From assembly GCA_964543765.1 (NCBI GenBank), contig CAZIZI010000005.1, positions 6,121 through 70,120 on the forward strand: a stretch of DNA of 64,000 nt. Direction: 5' to 3'. This stretch comes from an uncultured Thermodesulfobacteriota bacterium. Its GTDB lineage: Bacteria; Desulfobacterota; B13-G15. Every line of letters starts with the position of its first letter. Positions within the stretch are counted from its first letter, which is position 1. Below are positions 16,573 to 25,494 of this stretch, one piece after another. The position numbers and the translations under genes are program-made. A model generated the notes under the pieces. The model made no database searches. It was not told the DNA's origin and saw nothing but the letters and a program-made list of their open reading frames with translations.

Positions 16573-17907
16573 ATGGTCTTAAGAAATGGTTACCAGGAAA
16601 GGGTGAGAAGGATCTATCGCTTTATAAGCGAAAACTTTTACCTTAATCGACCTGATCTTGAGGTCAAGGGGGAAAAGTATAACTCGGCCCTTCTTTTTGG
16701 GATCTTAACAGCCCTTTATGGTGGAAAGGAGCTTATAATAGGGGAACCGGGTCTTGGTAAGACCACCTCGGCCGAATACATAAGTTGTCTCATTTACGGT
16801 ATACCCCTTGGCGTCATATGGGGAAGCGAGGTCTCGGGGCATCCCGAACAGACTGAAGAAAAGATCGTGGGAAGGCCAGATCTGGGAGCCCTAAACCAGG
16901 GAAAAGAGGTTGTTGTTTGGAGTAATTTTGTTCAGCTTCCGGTTAAAATCGTCGATGAGATAAATAGGCTCCCCGAAACCAAACAATCGATGATTCTTGA
17001 TGGAGTTGATAGGGGTAATTGGGAGTACCTTAACGAGATGATCATAAATGACGAATACGCCCTTTTTGCCACCGCCAACTATCAAGATCGAGGCACTAAC
17101 ACCATAATAGCGCCTTTAGTGGATAGGTTTGACGTGATGGTCGAATCAAGGCATCCAGGGCCCAATCTGGCCTTTTACATAGGAAGAAGATCAAGGTTTG
17201 ATAATCCTTTAAGACACCAGGAGTTTGAGGAAAGGTATCACAAGCTTTTAAGATCTCAGATCCCCTATAAGGAGAAGCTTCAAGGTCTTGAGGAACTTTC
17301 CGAGGTTTTTAGGGATTACCTGAAGGAGAAGGTGGGAATCGAGAGTCTGAGCAAAGAGGAGCGTTTTTCCATAAGGAAAGAGATGGCCCAAATGCCCCTT
17401 GACCTTGATGCCAATGCCTTTCTAAGGATGGTTCTTGCGGAACTTTCCTTCTGTCACCGTTATGGTCAGAAGAGAAGTGTTGAAGGATGCCCCGAGGGGT
17501 GCCATTATACGGGTTATCTCTGTTATCACGTTAAAAACTGCGCCTCAAACAGGCTTCCCATCTCGGTTATAGGGTATTCTCAAGCCTTGGCTTGGTTCCT
17601 TGAGGACGATGAGGTGGACCTTGAGCATGTAAGGACGGTTCTTCCTTTTACTTTGGCTCATAGAATCCAATGGCGCGACTCCTATATATCCAAAAAGGAA
17701 GGGGAGGGGAGAAATGATCCCCTTCAGATCTATCTGGCCAAAGAGGCTACCGAGGAGATCTTCCATCGTTATACTGAACAAAGGGATTATCTTCTTGATG
17801 CTTTGGCTATTGCCTCAAGGGCCTTTGAGGGAGAGGCGGTTGAACCCCTTGATGGGGATCATCCGATTTATGAGGAGATAAAAAAGGAGATAGCGAGTTT
17901 AAGATGA
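16573..17907 (+). CDS. MoxR-like AAA+ ATPase with a Cys/His-rich insertion
   Basis: GEPGLGKTT Walker A; KIVDEINRLPETKQSMILDGV Walker B/sensor as in the MoxR DEINRAxPxTQSALLEAM; ATANYQD...LVDRFD. CHRYG...CPEGCHYTGYLCYHVKNC at 17452-17541. Confidence 0.7.
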   Translation: MVLRNGYQERVRRIYRFISENFYLNRPDLEVKGEKYNSALLFGILTALYGGKELIIGEPGLGKTTSAEYISCLIYGIPLGVIWGSEVSGHPEQTEEKIVGRPDLGALNQGKEVVVWSNFVQLPVKIVDEINRLPETKQSMILDGVDRGNWEYLNEMIINDEYALFATANYQDRGTNTIIAPLVDRFDVMVESRHPGPNLAFYIGRRSRFDNPLRHQEFEERYHKLLRSQIPYKEKLQGLEELSEVFRDYLKEKVGIESLSKEERFSIRKEMAQMPLDLDANAFLRMVLAELSFCHRYGQKRSVEGCPEGCHYTGYLCYHVKNCASNRLPISVIGYSQALAWFLEDDEVDLEHVRTVLPFTLAHRIQWRDSYISKKEGEGRNDPLQIYLAKEATEEIFHRYTEQRDYLLDALAIASRAFEGEAVEPLDGDHPIYEEIKKEIASLR

Positions 17908-18608
17908 AGAATCCGTTTGAAGAGTTTCGCGGGCAGAGTACAAGGTCAAAGGGGAAAGAACTCCCCTTAGATAGGATCCTCAAAGCCAAAGAGGAGACCC
18001 TTAATCAAATCCTCAAAGGATACGAGAACCTTTTGAAAAACGAGGCAAAGGATCTGGTTTGGCTTATGCAATATAGTACGGTTATTAAGGCCTATAGCAT
18101 AGCGGAAGAGGCCATAAAGGGCATAAATTATGCGGCTGAGGACGTCGAGGAGTTTTGTTATGTGCTGGATAAGACCGATCAGGTCCCCTATTTGATCACT
18201 GGACCGGCAGGGGTTTATATCTCGGCCCTTTGCAATAACGCTCAAGAGGAGGAGATCGTTTTAAGGCTTCAGGATGTGGGTATAAAGATAAACCTTCTTG
18301 GTTACCGACTTCCCGAAGGAAAGAGGCTTATCATTGAAGGGAATGTAGGGGATTTTACGGGGATAAGCCTTGAAGGAGGTGAGCTTATAATTGAGGGAAG
18401 CGCCAAAAATTACACCGGGGCAGGGATGAAAAAGGGCAGGATCATAGTCAAGCAGAACGTGGGCTTTAACACGGGCCACGGGATGACCGGCGGTGAGATC
18501 CTTGTGGGTGGCCGGATCAAGGGGCTTGGAAAGGTGGTTGGAGGGAAGATTTACGAGAAAGGGCAGTTGATCTTTCCAAGCGATGACTATCGGCCATATT
18601 ATTTTTAA
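17904..18608 (+). CDS. GXGXG-motif beta-helix domain protein (glutamate synthase domain-3 / FwdC-like), unknown N-terminal domain
   Basis: C-terminal GNVGDFTGISLEGGELIIEGSAKNYTGAGMKKGRIIVKQNVGFNTGHGMTGGEILVGG shows repeated GxxGxxG. ATGA overlap with the ATPase gene. Confidence 0.6.
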   Translation: MKNPFEEFRGQSTRSKGKELPLDRILKAKEETLNQILKGYENLLKNEAKDLVWLMQYSTVIKAYSIAEEAIKGINYAAEDVEEFCYVLDKTDQVPYLITGPAGVYISALCNNAQEEEIVLRLQDVGIKINLLGYRLPEGKRLIIEGNVGDFTGISLEGGELIIEGSAKNYTGAGMKKGRIIVKQNVGFNTGHGMTGGEILVGGRIKGLGKVVGGKIYEKGQLIFPSDDYRPYYF

Positions 18609-18620
18609 ATTTAAAGAAGC

Positions 18621-20177
18621 ATGTTCGAGGAATTTTTGAGAAAGGTCTGGCCTAAGGTAAGGCGTAATCATTTATTTCCTCAGATACCTCCACCCCAACT
18701 TGTGGAATCCGATGAAGAGGTGGCTTTGGAGATTAAAAGCAAACAGATGACGATCAATGTGAATTACCTTCAAGTTTTGACCGAAAAGATGAACCCCGAG
18801 GATGCTTTGCAGGCCCTTCTTGATCACGGGATATCCCATTACATGTATTGTCCGTGGGACTTTAACACCCATCTGATGCTTTATTCCGAAGCAAAAAAGG
18901 TCTTGAGGGATAAAAGGCTTGCCCAAAAGGCCGCTTCCTACTTTATGGATGTAGTGGCCAATACCTATTGTGTGAAAGAACGTGAGACCAAGATCCCCGA
19001 GCTTTATAGGCATCTGCCGAAGGAAGGGATCCAGAGGATTTTAGCCCTCCTTTATCAGGTGATATGGGGTATAGACTTAGGAGCTCAAGGGGAAGAGGAG
19101 AGCATAAAAAGGCTTTCGCGGATCCCTTATCTGGAAAAGCGACTGTGGAAGGAGAGCATCAAGAAGTTTGCCAAAACGTTGGAGGAGTTTCTCCAGAAAG
19201 AGATGGAGAGCGAGCAAAAAAGCTCTAAAAAAGCCCAAAACCCTTTGGGTGAGCATTCCATTGAAAACTATACGCTTGAAGAAATCGATAAGGGGTTAAG
19301 GGACTTCGCCAGTTCTGTGGATGATATAACGGAGTTTAGGGAAACAGTTGAGGACTTAAAGGATGAGCTTGCGGCGATGGGTTATACCGTAGGGGGTATG
19401 GGGCGAGGGGCAGGTAATCCTATAGATGCGGATCTTCTTTATTACATGAAGCTTGCCGAGAATTACACGCTTCCCATTAAGAAACTGCCCATGGAGAAAA
19501 GCGGGGCCCTTCACCCTCATTCGCATTCTCCGTGGGAAGTAGGGAAGCCCGTTCAGGACATAGATCCCTGGACTAGCTTCGGTAAGATAATGCCCGGTTT
19601 AACTCAGACGTGGGTGAGACGCGAAGGCGAAGTCTTCGGCGAGATGGAGAAGATCCCGGATTGTCTTATAATCATAGATTCCTCGGGAAGCATGACCAAT
19701 CCTCGCGAAAGGCTTTCTTATGCGGTTTTGGGTGCGGCCTGTGCCTGTAACGCTTACCTGAAAAACGGCAAGAAGGTGGCGGTTTATAACTTCTCGGATG
19801 CCTTCAGGGGCAATAAGCTGATCCTTGATTTCTGTAAGGAAAAAGAGTCGATTTATTGGGCCATATGTAGATACTTTGGCGGAGGCACGGCCATTGATCT
19901 TAACGATGTGATGTATCTACTTAAGCAGGCGGAGAAACCCGATATCTTCATCATCACCGATATGCAGATAACCAATTTGGAAAAGCTGATCGACTTCTTT
20001 AACTCCATTGAAAATAGGGTCACAGCCGTTCACATAGGAGAGAACATTTACGCCACGAGATTCCGAGAAGGGTTAAAGCAGAAGAATAACGTCTCCCTTT
20101 TCTTGGTGAAGGATAAGGAGGATATCCCCAAGATAGTGCTGGGAAAAGTAAGAGAATATTTCACCTCCCCTTTTTAA
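18621..20177 (+). CDS. von Willebrand factor A (VWA) domain protein with a MIDAS motif; N-terminal 330 aa uncharacterised
   Basis: CLIIIDSSGSMTNP (DxSxS at 19677-19691) followed by a typical VWA fold. No signal peptide. Confidence 0.65.
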   Translation: MFEEFLRKVWPKVRRNHLFPQIPPPQLVESDEEVALEIKSKQMTINVNYLQVLTEKMNPEDALQALLDHGISHYMYCPWDFNTHLMLYSEAKKVLRDKRLAQKAASYFMDVVANTYCVKERETKIPELYRHLPKEGIQRILALLYQVIWGIDLGAQGEEESIKRLSRIPYLEKRLWKESIKKFAKTLEEFLQKEMESEQKSSKKAQNPLGEHSIENYTLEEIDKGLRDFASSVDDITEFRETVEDLKDELAAMGYTVGGMGRGAGNPIDADLLYYMKLAENYTLPIKKLPMEKSGALHPHSHSPWEVGKPVQDIDPWTSFGKIMPGLTQTWVRREGEVFGEMEKIPDCLIIIDSSGSMTNPRERLSYAVLGAACACNAYLKNGKKVAVYNFSDAFRGNKLILDFCKEKESIYWAICRYFGGGTAIDLNDVMYLLKQAEKPDIFIITDMQITNLEKLIDFFNSIENRVTAVHIGENIYATRFREGLKQKNNVSLFLVKDKEDIPKIVLGKVREYFTSPF

Positions 20178-20190
20178 ATCCCTTCAAAAG

Positions 20191-20219
20191 TTGACACCCA
20201 TCTGGATGAAGCTTATTTT
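20191..20219 (+). promoter_or_regulatory. sigma70-like promoter upstream of lon (TTGACA, 17-nt spacer, TATTTT)
   Basis: -35 at 20191-20196. GAGGTGGAGGGAG RBS before ATG 20257. Confidence 0.35.
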
Positions 20220-20256
20220 AAGACCTGAGAAAAATTAAAGGACGAGGTGGAGGGAG

Positions 20257-22614
20257 ATGCTGTTTATACCACGGGAAAAGCGGGAGAAGAGAAATATTCC
20301 GAAGTTTCTGCCCATACTTCCTCTGAGGGGAGCTGTGCTTTTTCCAGAACTGGTCCTGCCCATCATGGTAGGGCGTAAAAAGTCCATTAAGCTCATCGAC
20401 GATGCCATGGAGGGCGAAAGGATCATCGGGGTTTTAACCCAATATAACCCCGAAGACGAGGATCCAAATCCCCAAGAGCTTTATCAGGTAGGGGTGGCCG
20501 CTCACCTCTTAAGGGTGGTGAAGGAGTTGGATGGGACCCAAAGGGTCATAGTCCAAGGGCTTGAGAGGATTAGAGCGAAAAGGTTCCTTCAATCGGATCC
20601 TTACTTTGTGGCTGAAGTGGAAGTCTTGGAGGTTCCTCCTTATGTGAGTGGTTCCGACTTAGAGGTCGAAGCCTTGGTGAGGACCATAAGGTCGCTTTTC
20701 CAAAAGGCAGTAGAACTTGCTTCTTATCTGACCAATGAGCTCAAAAATGCGGTGATGAGCATCCGGGATCCCAATGTGGTGGCTGACTTAATTGCGGCCA
20801 ATTTAAATATAAAGGTCCAAGAGAAACAAGAGGTCCTTGAGACGGTTGACCTGAAGGAAAGGCTAAAAAAAGTTCACTTCCTTTTGGCCAGGGAGGTTCA
20901 GATCCTTGAGCTCGGCAATAAGATCCAATCCCAAGTGAAGGAAGACATAGACAGGGCCCAAAGGGAATACTACCTGAGGGAACAGCTGAAGGCCATAAAA
21001 AGGGAGCTTGGGGAGCTTGATGATCACGCCCAGGAGATAAAGCAGTTGAGGGAAAAAATAGAAGCAGCCCAGATGCCCGAAGAGGCTCGCAAGGCCGCCG
21101 AGAAAGAACTCGAAAGGCTTTCCAAGATGCCCCCCGCCTCAGCCGAATATACGGTGGCAAGGACCTATCTGGATTGGTTGATAGAACTTCCTTGGTCAAA
21201 GTCAACGGAAGATAACCTAGACATAGCTCATGCAAGACAGGTCCTTGATGAGGATCATTATGATCTTGAAAAGGTCAAGAAAAGGATCCTCGAGTACTTA
21301 GCCGTTAGGAAGCTAAAAAACGACATGAAAGGCCCTATACTTTGCTTCGTCGGCCCTCCGGGGGTGGGGAAAACCTCGTTGGGCAAATCCATCGCTAGGG
21401 CAATGGGAAGGAAATTCGTGAGGATTTCGCTTGGTGGCATTCGGGATGAAGCCGAGATAAGGGGTCATCGAAGGACTTATGTAGGGGCTTTGCCTGGTAA
21501 GATAATCCAAGGGATAAAACGAGCAGGGGTTAATAATCCTGTATTTATGCTCGATGAGGTGGACAAGATCGGCATAGACTTCCGAGGGGACCCGGCGGCT
21601 GCGCTTCTGGAGGTTTTAGATCCCGAACAGAACCACGCCTTCAGCGACCATTATATCGATGTTCCCTTTGACCTTTCTAAGGTGCTTTTCATAGCCACTG
21701 CCAATGTGCTTGATACGGTACCTCCTGCCCTTAGGGATCGAATGGAGGTTCTGGAGTTACCGGGTTATACGGACGATGAGAAACTTATGATAGCCAAAAA
21801 CCACCTTATTCCTCGTCAGCTCCAAGAGCATGGGTTAACCGAAGAGGATTTGGAGTTTGAGGACGATGCCATTATCACCATCATTAACTCCTATACTCGA
21901 GAAGCAGGCGTAAGGAACCTGGAAAGGGAGATAGCGGCCATATGTCGTCAGGTGGCAAAGGAAGTTGCCGAAGGTAAAAGGGAAAAGGTGATTGTAAGGA
22001 AGGATAATGTCTACAAATTCCTTGGGCCGGAGAAATTTTATCCTGAAGTGGCCGAAAGGATTACCACCCCAGGTATCGCTACCGGCTTAGCTTGGACCCC
22101 TACCGGTGGAGACATCATCTTTATCGAGGCCACCAGGATGAAAGGCAGAAAAGGCCTGATCCTCACCGGACACCTTGGGGAGGTGATGAAGGAATCGGCT
22201 CAAGCGGCTTTGAGCTATGTGCGGTCTAAGGCTAGGGACTTCGGCATACCCGAGGACTTTTTCTCCAAAAGCGATATCCACATACATGTCCCAGCCGGGG
22301 CTATTCCGAAAGACGGACCTTCGGCCGGGATCGCCATCTTCGTGGCCTTGGTTTCCCTTTTGACCAACAGACCCGTAAAAAGCGATGTGGCAATGACCGG
22401 AGAGATTACCTTGAGGGGACAGGTTCTACCTGTGGGAGGCATAAAGGAGAAGGTATTGGCTGGGAAAAGGGCGGGTATAAAGACCATCATCCTTCCGAAA
22501 CGCAATGAGAAAGACGTGGAGGAACTCCCCGATCACGTGAAACAGGGCTTAAAGTTTCACTTCATCCAAAGGGCGGAGGAAGCTTTGGATGTGGCGCTGG
22601 TGAAGGAGGAGTAA
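20257..22614 (+). CDS. lon: ATP-dependent protease La (Lon)
   Basis: LON N-terminal domain, GPPGVGKTSLGKSIA Walker A and proteolytic DGPSAGIA serine motif. 785 aa. Confidence 0.95.
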   Translation: MLFIPREKREKRNIPKFLPILPLRGAVLFPELVLPIMVGRKKSIKLIDDAMEGERIIGVLTQYNPEDEDPNPQELYQVGVAAHLLRVVKELDGTQRVIVQGLERIRAKRFLQSDPYFVAEVEVLEVPPYVSGSDLEVEALVRTIRSLFQKAVELASYLTNELKNAVMSIRDPNVVADLIAANLNIKVQEKQEVLETVDLKERLKKVHFLLAREVQILELGNKIQSQVKEDIDRAQREYYLREQLKAIKRELGELDDHAQEIKQLREKIEAAQMPEEARKAAEKELERLSKMPPASAEYTVARTYLDWLIELPWSKSTEDNLDIAHARQVLDEDHYDLEKVKKRILEYLAVRKLKNDMKGPILCFVGPPGVGKTSLGKSIARAMGRKFVRISLGGIRDEAEIRGHRRTYVGALPGKIIQGIKRAGVNNPVFMLDEVDKIGIDFRGDPAAALLEVLDPEQNHAFSDHYIDVPFDLSKVLFIATANVLDTVPPALRDRMEVLELPGYTDDEKLMIAKNHLIPRQLQEHGLTEEDLEFEDDAIITIINSYTREAGVRNLEREIAAICRQVAKEVAEGKREKVIVRKDNVYKFLGPEKFYPEVAERITTPGIATGLAWTPTGGDIIFIEATRMKGRKGLILTGHLGEVMKESAQAALSYVRSKARDFGIPEDFFSKSDIHIHVPAGAIPKDGPSAGIAIFVALVSLLTNRPVKSDVAMTGEITLRGQVLPVGGIKEKVLAGKRAGIKTIILPKRNEKDVEELPDHVKQGLKFHFIQRAEEALDVALVKEE

Positions 22615-23807
22615 TGAGGGTTTTGCTTTTCGCTGGGAAAGGAGGAGTTGGTAAGACCAGTATCGCTGCCTCTACCGGTCTTCTGGCCGCAGAGCGCGGA
22701 TATAAGACCATTGTAGTATCCCTGGATACGGCCCATAATCTTTCGGATGTCTTTGAAGTGGGAGAAAACCTCTTTGATGTTAAGGGGGAACCGGTTGAGA
22801 TTTTTCCCAATCTATGGATTCAGGAGATCAACATCCAGGAGGAGATAAGGCGCCATTGGAAAGAGGTTCACGGCTATATTACCGCTCTATTCAGGGCTTC
22901 GGGGGTAAAGGAGATACTGGCCGAGGAGCTTGCGGTTTTGCCGGGCATGGAGGAGGTGAGCGGGCTTCTTTATCTTAACACCTACGCCAAGAAGGGAAGT
23001 TTCGACGTGGTGATTCTTGATTGTGCTCCTACTGGTGAGGCCATAAGGTTTGTGAGTTTACCCACCATCTTCGAGTGGTATATGAAGAAGTTCTTTAACC
23101 TCGAAAGAAAGATCGCTAAAGTTATAGGGCCTTTTGTGGAAAAGTTTTACAATGTCCCCATGCCTGAAGAGAGTTGTTTTGATGCGGTAGAGGAACTCTT
23201 CATGAGGCTCGATGGGGTTGAGAAGCTTTTAAACGATGCGCGGATAACTTCCGTTAGGCTTGTCACCAATCCTGAAAAAATCGTGGTGAAGGAGACCCAA
23301 AGGGCCTTTCTTTACTTCACGCTCTATGGGTTATGTGTGGACGGTGTGGTGGTCAACAAGGTGTTTCCCAAGGAACTGGAGGGTGAGTTTATAAAGGGGT
23401 GGCAGCTCCTTCAGGATAGATACCTGGAGGAGATAGAGACCTACTTTGCCCCTCTTCCGGTCTTTAAGGTTCCCCTTTACGAGGATGAGGTGAGTGGGAT
23501 TGAACGCTTAAAGAGGCTCGGGAAAGACCTTTACGGGGAGAATGACCCGATTCAAGTCTTCCGAAGTGAATCTCCCTTCAATTTCTACAAGGAGGATGGA
23601 CTTTATAAACTTTCGTTGAAAATGCCCTTTGTCACCCGGGATAAGATTCATCTGAGTAAAAGAGGGGACGAGCTCATAATCGAAGTGGGTGTGTTCAAGA
23701 GACACGTGATACTCCCCAAAACGATAGCCTCTTTAAGCCCTCGTAAGGCAAGATTCGAAGGCGATAATTTGGTCATTTCCTTTGAGGAGGGCGAAAATGC
23801 AATATAA
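22614..23807 (+). CDS. ArsA/GET3-family ATPase with a C-terminal Hsp20/CS-like domain
   Basis: AGKGGVGKTS P-loop and DTAHNLSDVF GET3/ArsA signature. C-terminal beta-rich region resembles alpha-crystallin/CS. TAATG overlap with lon. Confidence 0.7.
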   Translation: MRVLLFAGKGGVGKTSIAASTGLLAAERGYKTIVVSLDTAHNLSDVFEVGENLFDVKGEPVEIFPNLWIQEINIQEEIRRHWKEVHGYITALFRASGVKEILAEELAVLPGMEEVSGLLYLNTYAKKGSFDVVILDCAPTGEAIRFVSLPTIFEWYMKKFFNLERKIAKVIGPFVEKFYNVPMPEESCFDAVEELFMRLDGVEKLLNDARITSVRLVTNPEKIVVKETQRAFLYFTLYGLCVDGVVVNKVFPKELEGEFIKGWQLLQDRYLEEIETYFAPLPVFKVPLYEDEVSGIERLKRLGKDLYGENDPIQVFRSESPFNFYKEDGLYKLSLKMPFVTRDKIHLSKRGDELIIEVGVFKRHVILPKTIASLSPRKARFEGDNLVISFEEGENAI

Positions 23808-23988
23808 ATGCCCAATGGCCCAACTGTTTGAGAGGATAGAAAGATTAAGGTCTCCACGTTCCCCTTTTTGGGAACATATGAGAAAGGCGAAAATAGAGGT
23901 TCTGGAAGCCCTTAAGAGCCTTCTCGAGGAGAAGATCTCCAAACTAAAAGAAGAAGGGGAAAAGCTGAAAAAAATAGAAGTGGAATAG
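23797..23988 (+). CDS. small hypothetical protein (63 aa, predicted coiled-coil)
   Basis: ATG at 23797 overlaps the arsA-like gene end by 11 nt. K/E-rich helical sequence. No family recognised. Confidence 0.3.
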   Translation: MQYKCPMAQLFERIERLRSPRSPFWEHMRKAKIEVLEALKSLLEEKISKLKEEGEKLKKIEVE

Positions 23989-23992
23989 GACC

Positions 23993-24712
23993 TTGAAAAA
24001 AGCGGTCATCATTCCCGCAAGGTACGCTTCTTCGCGTCTTCCAGGAAAGCCATTACGCCTTCTAAAAGGAAAACCCCTTGTTCAGTATGCTTATGAAATA
24101 GCCAAAAATACAAGCGCCCATATTGTGCTTGTGGCAACCGATGACAAGAGGATCCTCGAAGCCGTTAAGTCCTTTGGAGGCGAAGCGGTTCTAACATCTT
24201 CGGATCATCCTTCGGGAAGTGATCGGGTGGCAGAAGTAGTTAGAGGTATGGAAGTGGACGTGGTTGTGAATCTTCAGTGCGATGAGCCACTTCTTGACCC
24301 CCAATTGATAGATGCCCTATTTGAGGCCTTTAAAAACCAAAAAGTGGAGATAGCTACCCTAATAGGTCCCCTTTCCCACCAGGAGTGGATCGATCCGAAT
24401 GTGGTCAAGGTGGTGAGAGATAAAGAAGGATTTGCCCTTTACTTTTCCCGTGCCCCCATTCCTTATCCCCGAGACGGAGGGGAAGTAAAGGAAGGACTTT
24501 ACTGGCGACATATAGGCGTATACGCTTATAGGAAAGAAACACTTCTCAAGATAACTTCACTTCCTCCTTCACCTCTTGAACTTGAAGAAAAATTAGAGCA
24601 ATTAAGGTTTCTTGAAAACGGCTTCAAAATATTCACCGTTCCTTCCATTTACAGATCGCCCTCCGTGGATACGGAGGACGATCTGAGGAAGGTAATGGAG
24701 CTTTTGCCCTAA
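23993..24712 (+). CDS. kdsB: 3-deoxy-manno-octulosonate cytidylyltransferase (CMP-KDO synthetase)
   Basis: IIPARYASSRLPGKPL...VATDD...SGSDR...NLQCDEP motifs. Confidence 0.85.
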   Translation: MKKAVIIPARYASSRLPGKPLRLLKGKPLVQYAYEIAKNTSAHIVLVATDDKRILEAVKSFGGEAVLTSSDHPSGSDRVAEVVRGMEVDVVVNLQCDEPLLDPQLIDALFEAFKNQKVEIATLIGPLSHQEWIDPNVVKVVRDKEGFALYFSRAPIPYPRDGGEVKEGLYWRHIGVYAYRKETLLKITSLPPSPLELEEKLEQLRFLENGFKIFTVPSIYRSPSVDTEDDLRKVMELLP

Positions 24713-25494
24713 ACGCCGGTATACCCCAATCTCTGCGAAGCCTTAAGCCCCATTTCCTTGAGGAGGGGCACTATTTCGTTCTCTATCCTCTCATCGGAGA
24801 GTCTGAAACTTGGGGCTTGAAGGGATATCGCTGCAACGACCCTTTTTGTGTAATCCCTTACTGGCACCGCTACACACCTTACTCCCTCTTCGTACTCTTC
24901 ATTATCTATTGCATATCCCTTTTCTCTAATTTCCTCCAGATGTTTCAGGAAACTCTCCTTATTGGTTATCGTATTAGGAGTGAAGGCCTTTACGTTCTTC
25001 CAATCGATGAGCTTTTCCACCTCTGATTGGGACTTATAGGCCAATTGGACCTTTCCGGAAGCCGAAGCATAAGCAGGAATCCGCCACCCGGCCCTACAAG
25101 CCACTTTCACCACCTGATCCGCTTCTATGACGTCAAGATAAACTATCCATTGATCCCTTAGAACTGCAAGCCCAACGTTTTCGTTGGTTTTCTCCACAAT
25201 TTCCTCGAGGATCGGCCTTATTTGTTTTAAAAGATTACTCTGTTTTAAATAATTTTGAGCAAGTTCAACAATCTTAAGCCCCAAGCGATAGTTTTCGGTT
25301 TCCTTGTTTTGTTCCACGTAACCCCGAGTTTCAAGAGTGGCCAAAAGCCGGAAGACGTTGTTCTTATGAAGATTAAGCCTCCGGCTCAATTCGCTTACCC
25401 CAAGTTCATCCCCCTCTTTTCCAAGTTCCTCCAAAACGGCCAAAGCATGAGCCACGGACTTTATGGTATAACTTACTTTCTCACGTCTTCCCAT
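24709..25494 (-). CDS. IclR-family transcriptional regulator
   Basis: N-terminal wHTH (LGVSELSRRLNLHKNNVFRLLATL) and C-terminal IclR effector domain. Confidence 0.8.
   Translation of the reverse strand: MGRREKVSYTIKSVAHALAVLEELGKEGDELGVSELSRRLNLHKNNVFRLLATLETRGYVEQNKETENYRLGLKIVELAQNYLKQSNLLKQIRPILEEIVEKTNENVGLAVLRDQWIVYLDVIEADQVVKVACRAGWRIPAYASASGKVQLAYKSQSEVEKLIDWKNVKAFTPNTITNKESFLKHLEEIREKGYAIDNEEYEEGVRCVAVPVRDYTKRVVAAISLQAPSFRLSDERIENEIVPLLKEMGLKASQRLGYTGV

Noticed and set aside
20741-21235. 164-aa antisense ORF inside lon, and many other 60-130 aa antisense or out-of-frame ORFs in the track (for example 927-1301, 7956-8234, 10132-11412, 30107-30478, 37557-37984)
   Set aside because: They lie wholly within strongly supported genes on the opposite strand or another frame, have low-complexity Pro/Ser/Arg-rich translations and no RBS. 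Judged spurious.
23797-23988. Considered whether the 63-aa ORF after the arsA-like gene is a gas-vesicle or chlorosome-type small structural protein
   Set aside because: No GvpA or CsmA motif is recognisable. It is retained only as a low-confidence hypothetical CDS.
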